DNA from: Setoptus koraiensis
Lineage: Eukaryota; Animalia; Arthropoda
Assembly (NCBI GenBank): GCA_048013815.1
Contig: CM106585.1
Location: 19,220,001-19,284,000, forward strand
DNA: 64,000 nucleotides
Direction of reading: 5' to 3'
The notes under the pieces are model-generated. The model searched no databases and was not told the DNA's origin. It saw only the letters and a list, made by a program, of their open reading frames with translations. Every line of letters starts with the position of its first letter. The stretch's first letter is position 1. This document shows, one piece after another, positions 24,228-34,093 of the stretch. The translations under genes were made by a program, and so were the position numbers.

Positions 24228-25084
24228 AAGCCTGCAGCAGCTTATGCCTGTATAGCAAGATTCAACAGTACAACTGGCGAGCCTTTATAGTAAGTCTAGT
24301 TTTCACCATTAGTAATGACTCAAAACATTTCCTCCATTTCCGAAAAACTACTATCTGCTCTATTATCTTTATTGTTGCACCAACAACAAATTTCTAACAA
24401 TGACAAATTTGCTTGTTTCTTTTTGCCACAATCGACAACGACAACATTGACAACGACGACATCAACAATAGTTACAACTGTCCAAGGCCTAATGAGTCAG
24501 AGAAAAAAATCTATTGCTGCAATTTAGACAAGTGTTGTGACTATAAGGAATTTTCTCGCCAACAAGAACGACTATTCAAAGCGACCCAGATAACTAACTC
24601 AGGGTAAGTAATATATTGATCCTATGCAAAATATTAACATTATTTTACAAAGAAATAAACAAATACACAATCGATCACACAAACAAAACTTATCTACTCC
24701 TATAATCTATATAACATCACAATAACATTACTAAATTTGATTATATTACATTATTATACTGATAGGCAAAAAGGGAGTTTCGGAATGAACATCTTAAGAG
24801 GTATCCTACTGATCATATTGATCGTAATATTGGTATTTGTAATCCTATGTTGTTGCTGTCTATTTACATTCTGCAAAGGTAGAAAATTATTCTCGGGGGC
24901 CATGTTTAACCAGCCAATTCCGAATCAACCACCTCCAACGTTTCCTGGACCTTCACCATATGCACCTCCGGCGCAACCGTACTCAGCCTATCAATGGCCC
25001 CCAGAAACCGCACCACCTCCTGCTTATCCACCATACCCTAGCAATATTCAAACCCAACCACCATATAATCCAAATTATAAATAA
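24228..25084 (+). CDS. Shisa-like single-pass membrane protein (exons 24228-24289, 24472-24603, 24766-25084; first exon uncertain, possibly 24114-24164)
   Basis: The spliced product ACIARFNSTTGEPLY|YNCP...IYCCNLDKCC, a transmembrane helix ending CCCCLFTFC, and a Pro/Tyr-rich tail with PPAY/PPY motifs match the Shisa/Scotin-like architecture. The phase-2 junctions are consistent. Confidence 0.65.
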
Positions 25085-25458
25085 CAACAAAAAAAGGTAA
25101 TATTATAACGAATCTCCAGCAAACAAACACTGGTATTCTTGTGACTTCCTTAGAACCTAGTCTTCAGGATAAATTTTTAAGCAAGCGAGCAAGCATTTTA
25201 AACGGACCTCTGCAAGCGTGGCCCCGACCGCCTACGCACTTATATCCTATTCAATCTTTAAAAAAGAAAACAAATAACAATAATCATTATTTTAACATAG
25301 ACACACCGGTAACAATAGGACACTTATAACATGACAGTCAGAAGTGTAATAATACCTTCATGTATAAACATATGTACAAATATATTTATTGATAAGTGAA
25401 TAAACCAAAATTACGGTTATAATAACAAAGCAGTAGCAACTAAGATTAGCAACCATCT

Positions 25459-27090
25459 CTAGAGTTGGTGTGAATTGGTAGGCCATTTATATGTGCCATA
25501 GAATCTGTAACCGTATTGAGCTGCTAAGTAATCAGCTTGCTTTGGACCACGACTACCGAAAGTGTAAGCTATGGGGGGTTTCTTTTCATTTTCGATCTCC
25601 TTCAAAACTGGCGTGAATATTCTCCAAGCTTCGGCCAATTCATCGGACCTAACGAAGTGCATTTGCGATCCCGCAAATACATCGAGAATAAGGCGCTCAT
25701 AAGCATCCGGCAGAACAGTATCCTAGAAGTTGATAGTTTTTTATAATTAGTAACCGATTAATCGGATTAACATCATGCTTGTAAGCGTAAACTTGAAAGA
25801 TTATTGAGAGAAACCTTCGAAACTTACTTTATAACGTTTAGTGTAAGTGAGATCTAGCTCTGTCTCTTCAAGCTGAAAAGACATTCCAGGTTGTTTAGTC
25901 ATCATTTTCAAGTAAACAGCTTCGCCTGGTTGGACCCGTATAACTAATTCATTTCGCTTAAGTTGTCCATCGAAAATGTCGCCTGGGACGTCCCTATATT
26001 GGATTCTAACTTCAGCCTTTCTTTCATTGAGAGCCTTACCGCACCTCAAAAAGAATGGTACTCCTTCCCAGCGTTCGTTGTTAACCCATAATACGGCCAT
26101 TGCATAAGTTTCAGTGTTTGAATCATCTGGCACTGTTGGGTCATCACGATATCCCTGTTTCTCCTCACCTTCGCCGTTTGGTTTGCCAATATATTGACCA
26201 ATAACAATGTCTTTGCGTTCGATCGAAGGCACAGATCGGAGTGCTTTAACCTTCTCATCCCTGATATCTTCGGGATTAGAAGAGACGGGCCGTTCCATAG
26301 CAACAAGACTCAGAATCTGTAGAAGGTGATTCTGCATTACATCACGTATCATACCGAATTCATCGAAATAACCACCGCGGCCACCAGTTCCAAATGGTTC
26401 CTTGAAAGAGATGATGACCGAAGAAATGTTTTCTCGATCCCAAGTTTTACTGAAGATTCTATTCCCAAATCTCAATGCCATTAGGTTTTGAACCATTTCC
26501 TTGCCAAGATAATGATCGATGCGATAAATTTGATCCTCAGTGTATAAAGCTGATAGATGATTGCTTAATTGTGCGGATGATTCAGAGTCCCTACCAAATG
26601 GTTTTTCAATTATCAATCTAGACCAGCCACTCTCATGGCTTCCTTTCTTAGTTAAGCAATATTTTTGTATTAATTCAGACACACTAGCATAAACCACAGG
26701 TGGCAGTGCTAGGTAAAATAAACGATTATTTTTTGGCGGTTCGCCATTATGATGGTTGGCCAGGCTACAAGCTGTTGTCAGTCTGCCATTTGTTTCAATT
26801 TGGTCGATGTGTTTGCTAAGTCTTTCAAAATCGACCGGATCTTTGTATGATCCTTTGACGTAGGTGTTCTTTGACCAAAACTCTTGCCAGGATTGTTGCT
26901 GGTCCTGCTCTAGTTTGACATATTTGATTGTGTCATTCATAAGTTGTTCGACGGTTTTATCTGATCGTGCATATCCAACTATGAACGTATCCTTGGGGAT
27001 TAATTTATTAATAAAAAGTGTCCACAGAGTTGGATAGACTTTTTTCTTGGCTAAATCACCACTGGCACCAAACACGACAAACACATACAT
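25459..27090 (-). CDS. G6PD: Glucose-6-phosphate dehydrogenase (exons 27090-25828, 25722-25459)
   Basis: Motifs [37 protein letters not shown] and MHFVRSDEL. One GT-AG intron in frame. An additional 5' exon cannot be excluded. Confidence 0.97.
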
Positions 27091-28447
27091 CTTGTTCTTT
27101 GGAACAAATATGACAAATAGTAGTAATAATAATAAAATTAGTGATTATATAATAATAGGTATAGTGGTGATAATAATGTAAGTATAAGTTTCTTATAAGC
27201 GCACTTGTTGTAAGACAATATGTATATGTGACGAAGATTTATAATTGTGGTCGTTTGGATAGCCTGCTTCTATCATGTAGTGAACTGGTGATTTTTTTCT
27301 TTTTGTTAGTGCAGTAAATGTAAATGTGATGATTGAATTGAATGAATAAGATTGAATCAATCAATCAGATTTATCTATGCAATATCATCTATTTAACGAC
27401 TGAAGCACGAAATATATGGCATGATGACGAGACTATCGGTACATTGATCAAGTGTATCAGTAATATCAGTAATAACTCTATATTGCCACTACTTAAACAA
27501 CTGACTAGCGCTGTCGTGAAGACACTTGTTAGAGATGGAGTTGAGCTTTCTCGTCGTCGACAGCAACAACTTGATAATAATTATAAAGTTGGATTAGCAG
27601 ACAACATTAACAGCAATATAACAAGAAACAACACTAGCCGACTCACAATACCTTTACAGCCAAGTCAACAACATTCTAGTTATATAACTTGTTACAGCAG
27701 ATACTTGACTTGTTGTGACTTATTCAAGGATCTGAAGTAAGAAATGTTGCACAGAAGTTTATAAACAGCTGCTTATACAGCTACTACTGTACTAAATGCT
27801 GTTGTACGATTTGAAGGTGAACATTACCTGTGAGTATAAAATCACTTTGATCGCAAGATGATTCAGTCACTGACAGTGAATAGAGGACACGGGGAATTTT
27901 CTTATGTACTTTAGTGTTACATAATAATAATAATTTTGTCGCTTGTATCTTTGGAGGAAGAAATTCGCATGTTTGGACTAGCCTTCGGTGTACTCTTGGT
28001 GTATAGTTTGATCTTTTTCCCCATCGCAATATGTCATTCAAGCCTTGAGAATTTTCCTCTTTGAATGATGTGAGCAATCTAATAATTTTTATCAAGATAT
28101 ATCTCTTTGTGATAACTCAAAAGACAGAGGTACCTGTTTAGAAGCAGAAACCATACGAAATCTATTGAGTCGAATGTACAATAGTGATGCTATTAAGAAA
28201 AACAGAAATGCCATAAGATACAAATCTTCAGCGAAACTTCGAGCAATCGCATATTATCTCCGCAAATACCATCGCCCGTACACAGGTAAGTAATGATCAT
28301 AAGTGGCTGATAGGGGATGATATGCACTATCATGACCAATCATCAGATGAAAATAGTTACCAGATGATTATAAACACTACGCTATAGTTGGTTGATAATA
28401 ATTATGGAATGTTGATACATCCGAGGATACCTTTCTAGTGAGGAACT

Positions 28448-29386
28448 TCAATCTTGCTTCAATTGAATTTTTCCCGTCTTATTTTTCCTTGAGTTATCTT
28501 CTTTTTTCATTCCGCTTCGATCTGAATCGCCTGAAGCTTTCTGTTGCTTTTCAGCATGCGGCTCGAACACGTTATCTGGATGAGGTTCAGCGCTAGGCCT
28601 CATGTCCGAACTAAATTCACCGAAGAAAACATAGCATAATAGGTTTTCCAACGGACCAGCTGTATCGCTGACTCCATGGACGACGTGAGCTACTTTGTAA
28701 ACTATGAAGATTGACAATACTAATGTGTATACTATTACGTGAGGGAAACTTATCAAGCGTGTTGTTTTCTCTACGACGAAAACAATTGATGCCAGAATGC
28801 TGATTTTAGTGGCGAATGTTGGCCGCCTAAATTCGTTCTCACTGGCTGACCAAATTCCTCTACACAATCGTTCAAACACCCTGATAAATCCTGAACCATT
28901 ACCATTGATAGTGCCTAAGAGTATCATGACTAAGTAACTGTTGGGAAAAACTCTAGCGGCATGAAAGACTCCATGCTTTATTCTATGGCATCTGTGAAAT
29001 TCCTTCGCGACGTGTATTGTGAGTTTGATTGGGCCGAATTCACACATCTTATAGAATATGTCTCCTGGTGAAAAAAATACAAGATACCAGACGAATGTTG
29101 CTAGGAGAATCTGTTGATTGTCTTTAAATGCTCCAACGATGGGTTCATTGAGCAGGAATCGTGACAACAATGAGCCGGCAAACATGGACGTCATACATGC
29201 CAACCAACAAGACAATGGATGGCGTCTAGGGAATGCTACAGGTCTATCATCGTTTGTTTGTTTGAATTCTTTCCTTATGTACACACAACATAAGATGTAA
29301 TGGCAGATGTCAAAGTATGGAAACATTTTCAGGTGAACCACATGATTTGACAGAAAGTCAAGGACTTGTCTTTGACTGAATGACAT
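28448..29386 (-). CDS. TMEM38: Trimeric intracellular cation channel (TRIC), copy 1, intronless
   Basis: MFPYFDICHYIL, HPLSCWLACM..MFAG.LL..FLL.EP and GNGSGF motifs of TMEM38. Confidence 0.9.
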   Translation of the reverse strand: MSFSQRQVLDFLSNHVVHLKMFPYFDICHYILCCVYIRKEFKQTNDDRPVAFPRRHPLSCWLACMTSMFAGSLLSRFLLNEPIVGAFKDNQQILLATFVWYLVFFSPGDIFYKMCEFGPIKLTIHVAKEFHRCHRIKHGVFHAARVFPNSYLVMILLGTINGNGSGFIRVFERLCRGIWSASENEFRRPTFATKISILASIVFVVEKTTRLISFPHVIVYTLVLSIFIVYKVAHVVHGVSDTAGPLENLLCYVFFGEFSSDMRPSAEPHPDNVFEPHAEKQQKASGDSDRSGMKKEDNSRKNKTGKIQLKQD

Positions 29387-30125
29387 CTCGTTTTTTTATT
29401 CTTGCTGATGTTATTGCTTGTCAATGTGCTGAAACGAATTAATTAAGCTTAGCCTAGTTGAATGTCGATAAGATTTATTGACTAAACGCACTTCTCATCA
29501 TGCCCATGGGTCAGAAAGAGATAGATAATAGATATTTGTGTTCCGCTCCAGGAATTCCAAAAGTAATCACGTTCTTCTATGACAGCCTAATTTATGGTTA
29601 TGTTTCATTTATTGTATACAAATCATCATAAATATAATAATATCTAACAAATGGACAGAAGACTATTGGCCAAAGCGATAGACAGGCGATAAAACGTTTC
29701 GCCAACAGAGAATTCGTTTATTTACAACGTGCAACACGCATGCGTTGCGCCAAAAAACACATGTTTCTCGTGTTCGGTGTCAATGTAAAGAACAGTGCCT
29801 CTCGTTCTTTATCTGACATGTCATCTACCCATAGTTGAAGCGACGACACTAAACTATCGACTAAAACTTGAATTTCGCCTAGTTAGTATATATCGAAACG
29901 CTTGATATTGGACACCTTGCTCCGTTACAACAATCTGGAAGTCTGTCAGGAGCCGCAATGACGAATGTTGTATCACTATGTGTAGAGTTCTGCCGTAGAA
30001 TCAACTTCTCTATGACATGTCAAGCGTTAATCAGTTACAAATGAAATGAGTTTCCTTGGCTGTAAATTTTTTCGTCAGATTATTTATGGCTTGATGCACT
30101 AAACTTGATCTGCTCACACATCAAT

Positions 30126-31568
30126 CTATCTACCTCTGTCAGTCCAATGCTGAGTGGCTGTGTCAAGTTTGTCTAAATAACGTAGTATTTTCGGCTCCAA
30201 TATTTGCCAATAAATGCGTGAAATTTCGCTACCATTACCAAGCGAGGAGGACGCTTTTGATGATGCACCAGGTTCGCTAACTGTTAAGTGGTTTATCTCT
30301 CCCAGATAAACATTGCCTCCGATGCTTGATCGATTGTAGTTGTATTCCATCTTGTGGCGATCATCTAGATCCAGCAGTGAACGTCTTCGTCTTCTTCTGC
30401 CAAGCAGAGGTGTTATGTGAAATGGATGATTGTTAGTATTACAATTAAAGGCTGACACTAATAGGAAAAAAAACATTGATATAAATGGTATAAATAATGC
30501 GCCCAATATCAACACCGCCAAAAGTAATGGAAACGCGTGACTAACTTCCTGTTCTTCGTGATGATGAATTGTCTTGTGTTTATCATGATGATCGTCGTCA
30601 TCGAAACGCTCAACATGATTCAAGCCATTTTGACTGGCTTGCATTGCAAATCGATTATAGTTGTCATGCTTATTTGATGGCCACGAGGAAATATAATTGT
30701 CCTGATATTGTGCCTGGTCAGCATCGTCCATCGGACGTCCATTTGTGTAATATTGTGAAGAAGTCGGGTAGATTGACGAACCAGAAGTGAAATATCTGGT
30801 ATAACCGTCTCCTGAGTCACTGTTCATAGTGTGCGAATCGTGATAATTGGGTGATCTATCCGAACTGGAACTCGATGACCATGGCCAAGCAATATTAGCC
30901 AAGAAAGATGGTGATGTGTCTAAACGAGAGGGGGATAGACGCGTAGAGCTAGTTTCTATGATGTCGTTCGATTCAGTATCCAATTGAGTGGGAGCAAACA
31001 ATTGGTCATTACTATGGAAGGAAAAAACTAATGGGCTATTATTGGTTAGTCGTGCTTTGTCATTTGCTAACAGATTAATTTTCGTTGACTGTGGAAGAGC
31101 TGTTAACGGAGGATAAACACCAGTTTGGTCAAGGTTTGATCCATCAGCCAGTGACATTCTTCGAGCAGATCGCCAAAAGCGACGACGGAACAATAAGTCA
31201 GACCTAGTCTTCGATAAATTGGCGCTATTGTTTGTAGCTTCGGTGTTGGTTATAGCTGGAGCAAACTCTTCGTTTCTTGCAGTTTTCGGTAACTGATGTT
31301 TCCTTTCTGGACTCACATCGAATAGCGCTGGATTCAATGCTGGGTTCGTCGTGCTCTCAGATGGATTTGATGCCGATTCTTCTGAGACATGTTTCAGTTG
31401 AAGTTGCCGCAATAGGTGATGATAAGATTTAATTAGCTGGCCATTGATTCTCATTTGCTCGTTTAATCTGTTCATTTGTTTCATGATAGTTGTTGGAGAC
31501 GATGAATGGAACTTCATAAAGCCACAGCAGATTATGAGAGCAGCGGCTGCGATTGTTATTCCGGCCAT
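30126..31568 (-). CDS. Uncharacterised protein with a signal-like N-terminus, low-complexity middle, His-rich patch, hydrophobic segment and poly-Arg
   Basis: Long open frame (30126-31721). The likely ATG is 31568 (MAGITIAAAALIICCG). Contains HHHEEQEVSHAFPLLLAVLILGALFIPFISMFFFLLVSAFNC and GRRRRRRS. Confidence 0.65.
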   Translation of the reverse strand: MAGITIAAAALIICCGFMKFHSSSPTTIMKQMNRLNEQMRINGQLIKSYHHLLRQLQLKHVSEESASNPSESTTNPALNPALFDVSPERKHQLPKTARNEEFAPAITNTEATNNSANLSKTRSDLLFRRRFWRSARRMSLADGSNLDQTGVYPPLTALPQSTKINLLANDKARLTNNSPLVFSFHSNDQLFAPTQLDTESNDIIETSSTRLSPSRLDTSPSFLANIAWPWSSSSSSDRSPNYHDSHTMNSDSGDGYTRYFTSGSSIYPTSSQYYTNGRPMDDADQAQYQDNYISSWPSNKHDNYNRFAMQASQNGLNHVERFDDDDHHDKHKTIHHHEEQEVSHAFPLLLAVLILGALFIPFISMFFFLLVSAFNCNTNNHPFHITPLLGRRRRRRSLLDLDDRHKMEYNYNRSSIGGNVYLGEINHLTVSEPGASSKASSSLGNGSEISRIYWQILEPKILRYLDKLDTATQHWTDRGR

Positions 31569-32574
31569 TTGTGTAATTGATTCAGTTTCGATAACTTCAA
31601 TACAGAAAGCAGGGGTTATGAAGTCCCGCTCTGACGATGAGATTTCGTTTGTGAAAAAGTTTATCGTCGAACAAATCGTTAATTTATGAAACAGTCTTAT
31701 GTCTTCCTGCAACAACAACATCTAATATCCACAGAGCAGCACTATTTTGAAACATAACCTCCTTAATATCTTAATTTCGGCATACTGACCAACATAATCA
31801 TTCATGTATAAGCCCGACAATACGTTCTCGGTTCGAGACATGGTCGAGAGTATTCTATTCAATTGTCATCGTTTGTTTTGTCATTCATGTTCCAAGCGAT
31901 TGTATTACACAAGTCTCTTTATACCTCGCTGGTGCTTCCAAACATGGAACAACGAAGAGATTCAAGGTCACCAATGTATACATTACTTGGCCATGTTATG
32001 CTTATTATACAAGTCAGTCTTGCATTCGATAATAAGATCTGAAGATTAACACCCTTAGGCAACCAAATACTTGATGGCCAAGCGAGAGTTGGATAGTTGA
32101 CAGCAATAATAGAGACACATAGTGACAATGAATAGCATGGATCTTGCACTAGTTTCCATTTGTTTATTTTATGTTTGCACAGTCGTCTTGCGTTGACACT
32201 TAACACTTTATTGGATGAACATTTCCTATCGCATTTCTAACAATCAATCGAGCAACAAGGCCTTCACAACCTGGGATGTTTTAGATTCCTTAATCATGAA
32301 TGACTTATTTAGTTGCTGCTTGCAGGCCGTATCTGTCATTGCAAAAGGAAGGAAAGAATTTCATGCCCAGCAGACTTTTGAGGGAGAAAATCAGATCACA
32401 AAGTTTGTTTCAAAGGAAATTCAATTTGTGTTTATATAGAATCAACATCTTGTTGGCGAAATCAGAAATAAAACGTTTTGTGTCATCATGATTTATCCAT
32501 TAGATCTCGGTTGATTGATACCAATCAATCATGAAATATCGATACATTCGAGAATACATTTTCTGATAGGAACT

Positions 32575-33519
32575 TCAATCTTGCTTTACTTGGATTTTAC
32601 TCGTCTTATTCTTCTTAGAGGTGGCCTCTTTTTTCCTTCCGCTTCGATCTGGATCGCCTGAAACTTTCTGTTGCTTTCCAACACTCGCCTCGGATACGTT
32701 ATCTGGGTGAGGCTCTGCGCTAGGCATCATGTCCAAACCAATTCCACCAGAGAAGACATAGTACAATAGGTTTTCCAACGGACCAGCTGTATCGCTGACT
32801 CCATGGACGACGTGAGCTACTTTGTAAACTATGAAGATTGACAATACTAATGTGTATACTATTACGTGAGGGAAACTTATCAAGCGTGTTGTTTTCTCTA
32901 CGACGAAAACAATTGATGCCAGAATGCTGATTTTAGTGGCGAATGTTGGCCGCCTAAATTCGTTCTCACTGGCTGACCAAATTCCTCTACACAATCGTTC
33001 AAACATCCTGATAAATCCTGAACCATTTCCATTTACCGTGCCGATGAGCACCATGACAAAGTAACTGTTGGGAAAAACTCTGGCGGCATGAAAGATTCCA
33101 TGTTTTATTCTGTGGCACCGGTGAAATTCCTTCATTATGTTGAGGGAAAGTTTGATCGTCTTGAATTCGCACATCTTATAGACTATGTCTCCTGGTGAAA
33201 AAAACACTAGATACCAGACGAGCGTTGCTGTTAAAATTTGTTGATTGTCTTTGAATGCTCCGGCAATGGGTTCATTGAGCAGGAGTCTTGACAACATTGA
33301 GCCGGCAAACATGGACGTCATACATGCCAACCAACAAGACAATGGACGGCGTCGAGAGAATGCCGATGCTACAGGTTTATCATCGGTCGGATTTTTGGAG
33401 TCTTTCCTTATATAAATGCAACACAGGATGTAATGGCAGATGTCAAAATATGGAAACATTCTCACGTGAACTACATGATCTGACAGAAAGTCAAGGACTT
33501 CTCTTTGACTGAATGACAT
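32575..33519 (-). CDS. TMEM38: Trimeric intracellular cation channel (TRIC), copy 2, intronless
   Basis: Paralog of 28448-29386 with the same motifs. Confidence 0.9.
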   Translation of the reverse strand: MSFSQREVLDFLSDHVVHVRMFPYFDICHYILCCIYIRKDSKNPTDDKPVASAFSRRRPLSCWLACMTSMFAGSMLSRLLLNEPIAGAFKDNQQILTATLVWYLVFFSPGDIVYKMCEFKTIKLSLNIMKEFHRCHRIKHGIFHAARVFPNSYFVMVLIGTVNGNGSGFIRMFERLCRGIWSASENEFRRPTFATKISILASIVFVVEKTTRLISFPHVIVYTLVLSIFIVYKVAHVVHGVSDTAGPLENLLYYVFSGGIGLDMMPSAEPHPDNVSEASVGKQQKVSGDPDRSGRKKEATSKKNKTSKIQVKQD

Positions 33520-34093
33520 CTCGTTTTTCTTTTATTCTTGCTGATGTTATTACTTGTCAATGTGCTGAAACGAATTAATTAAGCTTAGCCTAGTTGAATG
33601 TCGATAAGATTTATTGACTAAACGCACTTCTCATCATGCCCATGGGTCAAAAAGAGATAGATAATAGATATTTGTGTTCCGCTCCAGGAATTCCAAAAGT
33701 AATCACGTTCTTCTATGACAGCCTAATTTATGGTTATGTTTCATTTATTGTATACAAATCATCATAAATATAATAATATCTAACAAATGGACAGAAGACT
33801 ATTGGCCAAAGCGATAGACAGGCGATAAAACGTTTCGCCAACAGAGAACCCGTTTATTTACAACGTACAACACGCATGCGTTATGTCAAAAAACACATGT
33901 TTCTCGTGTTCAGTGGCAAGGTTAAAAACAGTGCCTCTCGTTCTTTATCTGACATGTCATCTACCCATAGTTGAAGCGACGACACTAAATTATCGACGGT
34001 GAAACTCGAAATTCGCCCCAGTTAGTATTTATCAAAATACTTGATACTGAACGCCTTGGTCCGTTACAATAATCTATTAGTGAAGCTGCAGTG
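33520..34093. promoter_or_regulatory. Probable divergent (bidirectional) promoter between TRIC copy 2 and TMEM245; duplicated at 29387-29960
   Basis: The two start codons are head-to-head 574 bp apart. The segment contains the palindrome ACGCATGCGT and is recognisably repeated upstream of TRIC copy 1. Confidence 0.55.

Noticed and set aside
27784-28095. LNDILRWGKR resembling an amidated LRWamide neuropeptide
   Set aside because: A single motif in an ORF with no ATG start and no signal peptide; likely chance.
31804-32491. Short ORFs between the orphan gene and TRIC copy 2 (similar ones at 39067-39470)
   Set aside because: No recognisable motif, and no consistent splice model could be built.
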